Below are positions 1 through 9,060 of a stretch of 64,000 nucleotides of DNA, in pieces. A program made the position numbers and the translations under genes. Under the pieces are notes generated by a model. It made no database searches. It saw only the letters and a list, made by a program, of their open reading frames with translations, and was not told where the DNA came from. Position 1 is the first letter of the stretch, and the number at the start of each line of letters is the position of its first letter. Source of the DNA: Massalongia carnosa (Eukaryota); assembly GCA_965645245.1 (NCBI GenBank), contig OZ287073.1:1178001-1242000 (forward strand). The letters are read 5' to 3'.

Positions 1-176
1 CTACCCATTCGTACAATTCATATCAAACTTCCTATTCACCAGTTGACAATACCGAGAGAGAAAGCAGAGCGCATTGCTATAACAGACAACGTCTGCATAC
101 GGAGGCGGCACCAGCACCTCTGCACCACAGACATTTCGACCTACCTCCACCGTACCAGACACATACTTGTCCTTGT

Positions 177-2888
177 TTGTCATATCATTGTTTCGAGCCG
201 ACTAAGCAAGCTCCTATTGGTCATTCGTCTGCAGGAGAGACGTATACTCATCATCCTGTTTCGCATTGTCATCAATACTATTGTCAGCCGAGTAGTCATA
301 TCCCAACCTCTGACGACAAAGAAACAACTACCTCACAGCTGACAAAAATCGTTACAAACCTCATTCCTCTTCTTGAGCAACTTGTCATTAGCGTCCGAAA
401 CACTAACGAGGCACGTACGCGAACTGATAGTCCTGCTCCACCTGCGAGCCGAGATAGTCCATCGACTATCATACCTACAACCGAAGGTCAACCTAGTCAC
501 GAGGCAGAGAGCACCATGACCACACCATCGTCGACAAGCCCCGAGTCTTTTGGAAATAGACCAGCCATGTCCGCTGGACCCTTTGGATTTGTGATGACCA
601 TGCCTCAACCAGGCACTCCTGGCACTCCATTCTTTCAAGGTAAAAATGTGTCGGAGTTCCTGAGTCGGTACGAGGATATGTGTGAGGACTATCATGTCGG
701 AAACATTGAGAGGATTCGTAGGTTGCCCCGTTATTGCGACATGCTAATTGGCCAGACCATTGAGTCGCTTCCGGACTTTGTGGAGAGAAGATGGACACAG
801 CTGAGCAAGGTGATGAAGAAAGAGTACAAGGCTGGCGATAGCATTCAGCAGGTGAATTCTCGACCGTTTCTGGAGTCATACAAGGACAAAGTACGCACTA
901 GCGACGATGATGTGCGGAACTTCTGTCGGAAGTTCGGTGCCATATCCAAAGCCCTAATTAGTCAAGAGAAGCTAGACATTTACACACGAAATCAGTGGTT
1001 CATGCAAGGTCTTCCTGCTGACATACGCGAAGAGTTGTTCTTTCGCCGAGGTGTTGATTTCGACGATAATGTGATGAAGGACTTTGATGGACTGGTGAAA
1101 AAGACTCTGACACTAGTAGAGGCGAGAATGAAATATAAGGAGGTGATGCGGACCGAGAAGAGTGTAACCGATAAATATAGTGCTCTAGCCGACCAGTTCG
1201 ACAAAAAGATAGTGCTAGACGGTCATGAAAATATCATGAACTCGCTTAGTCCACCAGTAGCAGACTCGACTACTGTTAGCCTATCGAAGTCCACGGAGAA
1301 AACTATCATGGACCTGACCAATAAGTTCGATGCATTAGTCCTTGCCACCGGAGCTCAAATGCGACCGGCCAATCAGAATAGTCAGCAGAGTCAGCAGAGT
1401 CGGAACCGTTCCCAATCACCACATAGACAGTCATCCTATGACGGACAGAGACAACAGCATGACCATCAATATGGTAGCGACGAAAGCTGCAACTATTGTG
1501 GAGAGAAGGTACTGCATGACAGGCGAAGAGACTGTCCAGACTTCGACGCTGACCAAAGGAATGGTGTTATCCATCTGAATGAGAAAGGCCTGCTCTGTCT
1601 GGGACCGATGGGTACATATTCCAACCCAATTCGGCATTTACCGGGTGTGACACAAAAAGAGTCCATTAGACGTGCGAAGATGTTGGCCAATCAATTTAGT
1701 CAAGCTGGACAAAATGCCGAAGTGCACACGGTTCGAATAGGCGAGGATAGTGCAGATGACTTTTCTTCTGACGAAGAATGGGACCCGGAGGTGACGATCA
1801 TCGAACATACTACCTCTATCAACTCGGCTAGGACCGAAAACAATAAACCTGCTGAGGAGAACTGGAAAGAGCCGGCTAAACGAATTCTGAAACGCAGGGC
1901 TGAGCGCGAGGACCATTTCGCAGTACCGAAAGCACCTAGATATGGCAATTGGAGTCCGCTTCCTACGTCGGTAGAACGTCGGAATGATAGTCTTGACCAA
2001 TCAAAACCAACCGACAGAGCTTCCGCGGCAGAACCTCGGGTAACATTTGCTGACCCTATAGAAGAAGATGTGGAAATGACAGAAGCAGGTCTAGCTGGGA
2101 AAGGCGGCGGAAAGAAGAAGCCGGGTACCGGAGTGCTGAGGGCACCTATTCGTGGAGAAGTTCGAGACGCCATAGAAAAGATAGGTGCAGAAGAATTCCT
2201 GAAGATAGCGAGACGAGAGTTCAACGTGGACTTGATACAGGGCCGCTATCTGCAATCGCTAGCAGCTGGTACTGGAGGACTGACCAATGGCAATATCATA
2301 GCCATGTTACCCATGTTTAAATCGGTAGTTAACAAAGTGACACGAAATACGGAAGCAGAAAGACAGGACGGTCCAACGGTAAAAATCGGCTCTATCGGCA
2401 TTCGGGATCCACTACTCCGCAGAGCATATACAAGGTCGACACCTAAAGCCAAAGTGCGAGTTGGTGATGGAGGCCGATATAAGTCTCTTCTTGACTCAGG
2501 TGCCGAAGTGAACGTGATGACATATGATGTCGCTAAGCGCGAGGGTCTGGCCATGCGACCTTACCCAAATATCAATCTAATTTCCCATACCGGACATAGA
2601 AAGGAATTCCTCGGGGTGTGTGAAAACGTGGAGGTTGATATTGGCGGAGTAGCGTCGCTTAACCACATATTTGTCATTGATGCTGCGGACCATCAACTAG
2701 TGCTAGGACAACCTTATCTTCACCAGATGCGTGTGGGCTTGGACTACCGTAACAACGAGGTAGAATGCACCATACATGCTGAAGATGGGAAACGAACTGC
2801 TAAGTTCATAGCGACTTCCGATCCTGGTAGCAAACTCCATACAGCAGAGGACCTGTTTCCGGAGAACCGAGACGAAACTTTAAACTAG
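177..2888 (+). CDS. gag: Gag-protease polyprotein (first in-frame ATG at 516)
   Basis: 903-codon ORF with an N-terminal gag-like motif MPQPGTPGTPFFQGKNVSEFL, a variant zinc knuckle CNYCGEKVLHDRRRDC and a retropepsin motif LLDSGAEVNVM...LVLGQPY near the C-terminus. Confidence 0.9.
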   Translation: MSYHCFEPTKQAPIGHSSAGETYTHHPVSHCHQYYCQPSSHIPTSDDKETTTSQLTKIVTNLIPLLEQLVISVRNTNEARTRTDSPAPPASRDSPSTIIPTTEGQPSHEAESTMTTPSSTSPESFGNRPAMSAGPFGFVMTMPQPGTPGTPFFQGKNVSEFLSRYEDMCEDYHVGNIERIRRLPRYCDMLIGQTIESLPDFVERRWTQLSKVMKKEYKAGDSIQQVNSRPFLESYKDKVRTSDDDVRNFCRKFGAISKALISQEKLDIYTRNQWFMQGLPADIREELFFRRGVDFDDNVMKDFDGLVKKTLTLVEARMKYKEVMRTEKSVTDKYSALADQFDKKIVLDGHENIMNSLSPPVADSTTVSLSKSTEKTIMDLTNKFDALVLATGAQMRPANQNSQQSQQSRNRSQSPHRQSSYDGQRQQHDHQYGSDESCNYCGEKVLHDRRRDCPDFDADQRNGVIHLNEKGLLCLGPMGTYSNPIRHLPGVTQKESIRRAKMLANQFSQAGQNAEVHTVRIGEDSADDFSSDEEWDPEVTIIEHTTSINSARTENNKPAEENWKEPAKRILKRRAEREDHFAVPKAPRYGNWSPLPTSVERRNDSLDQSKPTDRASAAEPRVTFADPIEEDVEMTEAGLAGKGGGKKKPGTGVLRAPIRGEVRDAIEKIGAEEFLKIARREFNVDLIQGRYLQSLAAGTGGLTNGNIIAMLPMFKSVVNKVTRNTEAERQDGPTVKIGSIGIRDPLLRRAYTRSTPKAKVRVGDGGRYKSLLDSGAEVNVMTYDVAKREGLAMRPYPNINLISHTGHRKEFLGVCENVEVDIGGVASLNHIFVIDAADHQLVLGQPYLHQMRVGLDYRNNEVECTIHAEDGKRTAKFIATSDPGSKLHTAEDLFPENRDETLN

Positions 2889-2941
2889 CTAGCCACCATG
2901 TGCAGAACAGGTCCATGGCTGGTAGCAGTAATAAAAACCTG
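2879..2941 (+). promoter_or_regulatory. Putative -1 programmed ribosomal frameshift signal (slippery heptamer plus pseudoknot)
   Basis: T TTA AAC at 2879-2885 is in the gag frame immediately before TAG, and the -1 frame is pol. Stem 1 is GCCACCATG (2892-2900) with CATGGCTGGT (2914-2923); stem 2 is CAGGT (2908-2912) with ACCTG (2937-2941). Confidence 0.8.
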
Positions 2942-5900
2942 GAGAGAGCGAAAGTGTCGAGTTTTAGGGTTGGACTATCGGAGAATAAATCTTCCATTCC
3001 ATTTAACAGGCCCGGCCTATTAAATCAAATAGCCCTAACTCCTACAGCGACTAGTGCGGAAGAGGCGGCGATGGACCACTATGTTCGCGCCTTCACACCG
3101 TCGCGTGCAATTGGCTCGGTCGGACTTTCGGCTCTGAGGTTTTCTCGGAAATTCGACATGTACACGATCAATCAGAACAGGGTGTTCGGGCGACGGAGTA
3201 GTGTGAGAGTTGATACGGCATACAAACGGAAGGCAGTCAAGGTTCGACCAGTGAATTCTGACCAGTCGGATGGCACCATACCTGGTGGAATAGCAGATTG
3301 GAAAGCGAAGGCGCTAGAGAAAGAGAGAGGCCTACCAAAGTCAGAAAAGTTCCCTGATTGGCTAATTCCAAAGTTCTCGACAATATTCAAAGGCTCACGA
3401 TTGACACCGGAACGGCTGCAGCGAATGACAGTGGGCGACAGTATGACGTCTGCTGAGAAAGAAGTGTTGACCCAGATGTTATACAACCGAGAAGCAGCGC
3501 TGTCATGGGAGTTTTCCGAGATGGGCAGAGTCAAACCTGAGGTGTCTCCACCATGTAAAATCAACACTATTCCACATGAGGCATGGCAGACCCCATCATT
3601 CCCATTGCCAAGGGCCCTGGTACCGATGGTGATAGAGATGCTGAAGGACCGACTGCAGCGAGGAACGTTGGAACCTTGTCATGGTCCCTATCGAAATCCA
3701 TGGTTCATAGTGAAGAAGAAAGAGAAAAATAAGTACCGATTAATTAATGCGGCCCTAGACATGAACAAAGTGACCATCCGAGACGCAAATCTGCCACCTT
3801 CGGTAGACGAATTCTCAGAGGACTTTGCTGGCTGCCACATCGCTTCCTTGATCGACTTGTTTTCAGGATATGACCAAATGGAACTCGATGTTCATAGTCG
3901 AGACATGACCGCCTTCATGACACCAATAGGACTATTGCGAATGACATCTATACCAATGGGAGCTACCAATTCGGTTGCACAGTTCGTACGGGTAGTGACA
4001 AAGATACTGCAGGACCACATTCCGAACCGTGCTAAACCTTTCCTTGATGACATCGGAGTGAAGGGGCCGAAGACTGATTATGGTGGTGAAGAAGTGGCAC
4101 CGGGCATCAGAAAGTACGTGCTTGAACATCTCATGTGGCTAGATGGGGTACTCGCGGACATAGAAAGGGCTGGATGCACTATCTCCGGAGAAAAGTCGCA
4201 ATTTTGCATGGCCGGTCTGAAGATAGTAGGATTTGTGACCGACTCCGATGGTAGACATCCGGACACCGCTAAGGTTATCAAAATTCTAGAGTGGCCGATA
4301 TGCACCGACGCTTCTTCCGCTCGTGCTTTTATAGGTGTGTGTGTGTACTATCGCATATGGATATTGGACTTTGCCATTGTTGCTGAACCAATATATCGTC
4401 TGCTGAAGAAAGATGCTGCTTTTGTATGGGGCATGGAACAAACCGAGGCAATGGACTTGCTGAAGATAGCTCTGACATCTCCGCCAGCACTAAAGACCAT
4501 TGACTATAGCGAGCTAGCTGGACTTATCATATTGGCTGTGGATGCGAGTTTGAAAGGATGGGGCGCTGTACTGATGCAAATCTTTGATGGCAAGCGTCAC
4601 CCCATTCGGTACGAAAGCGGAGTATGGAGCGAGGTGGAACAGCGATATGATGCAACCAAGCGAGAGTGTCGAGGCGTTCTAAAGGCATTGAAAAAGACAA
4701 GGCACTGGCTATATGGAGTTCACTTTGTGTTGGAGACAGACGCCAACGTCCTAGTGGCGCAATTGAATGGAGCTTGTACCGATTTGCCTGGTGCTCTGAT
4801 AGTCCGATGGATAGCATGGATACGACTGTTTGACTTCGAGGTCAAACATGTTGCTGGCCGAAAACATACGGCAGCAGATGGACTGTCTAGACGACCTCAT
4901 ACTGAGGAAGAAATTCGGGCCGAACAGCAGGAGCAAGACATAGACGACTTCATAGATGCCGAACTGAATTCACTAAGGGCCTGTCCAATTTCCGTTAACT
5001 CCGCAGACGAGGTGCCAGACGAAAAAGTGCTAAAGGCCGGATATAGTGATAAGTCCGAGAGAATCGCTGCATTTCTAACATCACTACAAAAGCCGGTTGG
5101 ACTAAACCGCAAAGAGTTTAGAGCGTTTAAGAGCGAGGCCTTGCGCTATCGAGTACAAGATGGCCATCTTTATAGACGAAACAGCAAGAACGTACCTTCC
5201 AGGAGAGTGATAGACTCCGATGAGCGGAAGTTGGAAATATTGAAACAGCTGCATGACGAAAGTGGACATAGAGGCAGAGAGGGCACATACAGACGCATAG
5301 CAGACAGGTACTGGTGGGAACAATTGCACGATGATGTAAAAGGCTATGTTCGGTCCTGCGAGGAATGTCAGAAACGTGACCCCACTAGGCTCGAGGAAGC
5401 ACTTCATCCGACATGGGTTACCTTCATGTGGCAGAAGGTTGGCTTAGACGTGGTCCACATGCCAGCTTGTCGAGGCAAGCACTATATTGTTATGGCCAGA
5501 GATGACTTTTCCGGATGGGTCGAGGGTAGAGCACTAGGAAAAGCTACCGCTCAGAATGTCGCGAGATTCTTGTGGGAAGATGTTATATGCAGACATGGGT
5601 GCTTCGGAAAACTGATTGTTGATGGTGGACCAGAAAACAAAGATGCTGTTATCGAATTAGCAAATCGATATGGTATCAAAAGAGTAGTTGTTTCTGCCTA
5701 TCATCCGCAAGCCAATGGCATGATAGAACGGGGACATCGGCCAGTTGTTCAAGCATTATCCAAAATGACAAATGGAGGCATGGGCAAATGGGTTGATAAT
5801 CTTCCTGCAGTACTATGGGCCGACCGTACAACAGTTCGTGCTAGCACCGGCAACACACCTTTCTATCTGAATAGCGGCAATGAGGCTGTTCTACCAATTG

Positions 5901-6466
5901 AACTGGAAATTCCAACATGGAGAATATTACCATGGAATGAAGTTCATACAACAGACGAATTGCTAGCTATGCGTGCGAGACAAATACAGCGAAGGGATGA
6001 AGACATGGAAGAGACAGCTTTATTCCTGCAAAGACAAAGAATGGAAGGCAAAGAGACCTTTGACACTCTGAACAATCTGAGATCAATTGAACTCACCGAG
6101 GGTCAATTAATTCTTTTGCACGACACTAAATTAGACAATCAGCACACAGGCAAACTAACGTTCAGGTGGTTGGGACCATATAAAATTCAACAAACAATTG
6201 TTGATAAGGGAACTTACAAACTATGTGAACTAGACGGCACCCTATTAGCTGGAACCTTTGCAGGAAATCGACTGAAACCATTTCATGCTCGGCAAAATAT
6301 TAACTTACCTCCGATAGAAGAACCTGAGCAACATAATAGTCAGGGGCCGACTATAAACCATGGGGGGGACGAGGACGACCGACAGTCCATGATTCCACCT
6401 GGCTGGCCAATGGCAGTAGTGATTCCTAGCAGACGTGCTGATGCGATGGAGACGGTGGAAAATTGA
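2879..6466 (+). CDS. pol: Pol: reverse transcriptase, RNase H, integrase (probably reached by -1 frameshift)
   Basis: RT motifs DLFSGYDQ, PMGATNS and PFLDD. RNase H motifs AVDAS, YDATKREC, ETDA and ADGLSR. Integrase HHCC (LHDESGH..CEEC), DDE (GLDVV, IVDGGPE, GMIERGH) and GPY motif. The frame is open from the slippery site at 2879. Confidence 0.95.
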   Translation, partial: FKLASHHVQNRSMAGSSNKNLERAKVSSFRVGLSENKSSIPFNRPGLLNQIALTPTATSAEEAAMDHYVRAFTPSRAIGSVGLSALRFSRKFDMYTINQNRVFGRRSSVRVDTAYKRKAVKVRPVNSDQSDGTIPGGIADWKAKALEKERGLPKSEKFPDWLIPKFSTIFKGSRLTPERLQRMTVGDSMTSAEKEVLTQMLYNREAALSWEFSEMGRVKPEVSPPCKINTIPHEAWQTPSFPLPRALVPMVIEMLKDRLQRGTLEPCHGPYRNPWFIVKKKEKNKYRLINAALDMNKVTIRDANLPPSVDEFSEDFAGCHIASLIDLFSGYDQMELDVHSRDMTAFMTPIGLLRMTSIPMGATNSVAQFVRVVTKILQDHIPNRAKPFLDDIGVKGPKTDYGGEEVAPGIRKYVLEHLMWLDGVLADIERAGCTISGEKSQFCMAGLKIVGFVTDSDGRHPDTAKVIKILEWPICTDASSARAFIGVCVYYRIWILDFAIVAEPIYRLLKKDAAFVWGMEQTEAMDLLKIALTSPPALKTIDYSELAGLIILAVDASLKGWGAVLMQIFDGKRHPIRYESGVWSEVEQRYDATKRECRGVLKALKKTRHWLYGVHFVLETDANVLVAQLNGACTDLPGALIVRWIAWIRLFDFEVKHVAGRKHTAADGLSRRPHTEEEIRAEQQEQDIDDFIDAELNSLRACPISVNSADEVPDEKVLKAGYSDKSERIAAFLTSLQKPVGLNRKEFRAFKSEALRYRVQDGHLYRRNSKNVPSRRVIDSDERKLEILKQLHDESGHRGREGTYRRIADRYWWEQLHDDVKGYVRSCEECQKRDPTRLEEALHPTWVTFMWQKVGLDVVHMPACRGKHYIVMARDDFSGWVEGRALGKATAQNVARFLWEDVICRHGCFGKLIVDGGPENKDAVIELANRYGIKRVVVSAYHPQANGMIERGHRPVVQALSKMTNGGMGKWVDNLPAVLWADRTTVRASTGNTPFYLNSGNEAVLPIELEIPTWRILPWNEVHTTDELLAMRARQIQRRDEDMEETALFLQRQRMEGKETFDTLNNLRSIELTEGQLILLHDTKLDNQHTGKLTFRWLGPYKIQQTIVDKGTYKLCELDGTLLAGTFAGNRLKPFHARQNINLPPIEEPEQHNSQGPTINHGGDEDDRQSMIPPGWPMAVVIPSRRADAMETVEN

Positions 6467-6823
6467 CATATCCGACTACCTATATCGAACGAATTTCCTT
6501 AGTAAAATGCATATTGTCAGCGGAGGAAGCACACGAACCTTCGGAATAGTTTCATTTCACACTTACCAAAATTCACCGAAAACTTCACCAACCTTAGTCG
6601 AAATTGCCATCTTCCGAATCCTCACCTCCATGTTTTACCTTTTCCATACTACCAGAACTCAGCAAATTATCTAGCTTTTACTACCTACCTGATCAGCACA
6701 TATACTATCTTCCTATCAGCAAACATCTCTGCTAAGCTCAACTTCTTATCTAAGCGAAAGTCAGCAAGCTACTCGATAACTTGGAACAATTTATCTTACC
6801 TTACTTGCCTTACATCTTTTGGC

Positions 6824-7339
6824 ATGTCTTTCCAATTAGTCATTGTCCTAGGAAATGACCGCTTCCACCACATGACAGACGCACTAGCTTTTCTTGAGAC
6901 ATTGACCCTAGCAGACCGATACGAGGGACAGAGGACCATAGAATCGCAGCTAATAGAGTTTCAGCATATGCTAGGGGATAGCATAGTGGACTATTATGAC
7001 TATGTCATACAGAATGATGCCTGGGCCTCGGTGATGAAAGAAGAAGAGTTCAAAGCTCAACGAGAAGATGTTATTGAGGAGGTGGATATGGTCCAACTGT
7101 CACGGGCAGTTGGAGAATGGAGGAATCGGACATTAAAGGAGGCCATTATTATGTTTCAGCATGTGAAGAAAGCAGAGGAAGAGGACTTTGGGACTAGGTC
7201 ATCTTTTCGGTTAAAGCGAGAGTCACATGGCAGGCCTATTCCTCACATCTCTGATGACATTGATACGACTCCGGGACCCGAGCTGGATGAGGAGGAGTTA
7301 GTGTTTGCTGAGGCCGGAATGAAGCGAACGCTGGAGTAG
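6824..7339 (+). CDS. Retrotransposon ORF3, acidic protein of unknown function
   Basis: ATG-initiated 171-codon sense ORF between the pol stop (6466) and the PPT (7371). It is rich in E/D and has no recognisable domain. Confidence 0.6.
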   Translation: MSFQLVIVLGNDRFHHMTDALAFLETLTLADRYEGQRTIESQLIEFQHMLGDSIVDYYDYVIQNDAWASVMKEEEFKAQREDVIEEVDMVQLSRAVGEWRNRTLKEAIIMFQHVKKAEEEDFGTRSSFRLKRESHGRPIPHISDDIDTTPGPELDEEELVFAEAGMKRTLE

Positions 7340-7388
7340 GAACAGTGATAGGTGTCAGGGGTCGACACCTAAAGAGAGAGGGGAACTA

Positions 7389-7716
7389 TGTAGGGGGGTG
7401 GAGCGGTGATACTCTAAATTCAAATTGCTAGCGGTTCGGGAGTTGGTTCTTTTCGGTTGATACTCGGTAAAGGTAGCGGGGAAGTCAGGTGACAGTCTTT
7501 CTTTTAGTTTAGTTATAGATAGTTCTTTTCCTTATAGAGCAAGCATGCTCGTAGCAATAGCTACAACACATAGCATCAACACATACAGTTCACAGGCACG
7601 AGGCACGAGGCACGAGGCATACAGAGACCAATCTAGCTATTGTCCTTATTCTATTGTTCTGTTCTTCTCTTGTTTGTTTGTTCTCTTGCACTCCTAGCAG
7701 TAGTGGACCACGCACA
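7389..7716 (+). repeat. 3' LTR (right boundary uncertain: 7565 or ~7716)
   Basis: Starts TGTAG 3 nt after the PPT. CTACA at 7561-7565 gives a 5-bp terminal inverted repeat. Alternatively ACA at 7714-7716 coincides with the switch from T-rich sequence to a GC-rich host exon. (AGGCACG)x3 occurs at ~7594-7614. Confidence 0.65.
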
Positions 7717-9060
7717 CCACCCAGTTCATCCTTCCACAACGCTTCCCCAGGCTTCGCCCCCATTCCCACTCCACCCCCCCTACTCTTAGCCTCCACCGCC
7801 GGCGGAACCGGTCCCGCAGTTTCGCTCTGCGAAGTCCCCACGCTCCGGTACCTCCTCAGCTCCAGCACCGACTCGTGATTGTGCGCCTCCGGTCCCATGC
7901 TCGGGTGCGTGCGGCCGGAGCCGTAGGAGGCGATCTTTGGGATTACGTGATTCAGAAGGGGTTTGAAGGCGGGGGTGCAGCTACAGATGAGACCGGTGTT
8001 GATTTCCAGCACGCTGGGGTTGTCAGGTGGAGCGTGAGGGTAAAGGGGAGGGAGAAACTTACCTCCAGATGAAATAGGTGGCGTCGGCGGCGTTGTTGCG
8101 GACAATGTAATAGTAGCGCACAATAGCCACTGTGCAGGCGCTATGGGGGGAGTTTGATAGGAAGATTAGGTTATTTTCTTGTGGGAAGGAGGTTATAATG
8201 AGGGATTGGGCATACATGGCTCCCGTCATGAAAACCAATGACAGACCAATTTTCTCTTTCCGCGAGAGTTTCAGTTTCCAGACCATGCGTAGTGGCAGGA
8301 CGAAAATGATGAAGTCGGAGATGATGTTCATCGACCCGTAGCAGAGGCCTGCTTTGGTGTAATTGATACAGTGGCCTGGAAGTGTCGAGTTCCAGTATTT
8401 CGAAATGGGACTACAGCCGAAGAGCTGGGTTAAAAGGTTGCTGAAGAGGTAGCCAAAGACGAAAAAAATGGTTAACCAAGTCGAGTATCTAAACAGCTTG
8501 TTCACGCCGAATAGACGGAGGTAGAGGAGCAGAATGGACATTTTATAGCCGAGCAGGCTCATCAGATACATGATATCGGCAATGAGAGTCCACTGCAAGA
8601 ATCTCAGATTAAAATCTCAATGGAGTCTTTCTAAAGCTTGCTTACCTTGACATATTCTACCTTGTTGTCCTTAGAAACTATATCATGATTGGTAGCTGCC
8701 TTGACATCAGCAAATGACACAGCTCTCCTCAATATAGCGTATTAAAACACCCACAAAGCCCTATGAGGAGACTGTATGCTATGCAGAAAAGCTGAAAAGA
8801 CGATACGTCAATAACCTATGAACTTGAGGGATCTAAGAGAGAGTACCAAAGTGACTATGGCGGTATCTAAGTAGCGTTAGTTGAACGGTCAACGAGAAGG
8901 CACATGCTATGTCTTAACAGTCATCCCAGCCTAGGCAATGAGTGATGAATAATCTTGCCCATCCACGGAGCGTTACGAAGATAAAAGCAATCACAGGGAC
9001 AACGATAGATGTGACTACAACCACATGAGCGGTGCTCGATTCTCCCACCTTGACAGCCAT
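7590..9060 (-). CDS. PTH11-like integral membrane protein (fungal rhodopsin-domain family), multi-exon
   Basis: Exon 1 MAVKVGE...FVTLRGWARLFITHCLGWDD. Later exons KMSILLLYLRLF, FGCSPISKYWN..GHC, NIISDFIIFVLPL..VWKLKLSRKEKIGL..VF.TG and EINTGLICSCTPAFKPL are the family hallmarks. Confidence 0.85.

Larger units (their letters stand above)
1..7716 (+). mobile_element. Ty3/Gypsy LTR retrotransposon, non-chromoviral (probably Ylt1-like fungal branch); 5' end outside the window
   Basis: Order gag-PR / RT-RNaseH-IN (Gypsy order). Purine tract AAAGAGAGAGGGGAA at 7371-7385, then TG at 7389 starting the 3' LTR. The right end is uncertain (7565 or ~7716). The Ylt1-like assignment is inferred from the FLDD RT motif and the lack of a chromodomain. 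Confidence 0.93.

Noticed and set aside
1..515. 5' LTR or primer-binding site, and ORF 43-342
   Set aside because: No similarity to the 3' LTR is visible, so the window begins inside the element leader. The small ORF overlaps the gag frame and has no recognisable motif.
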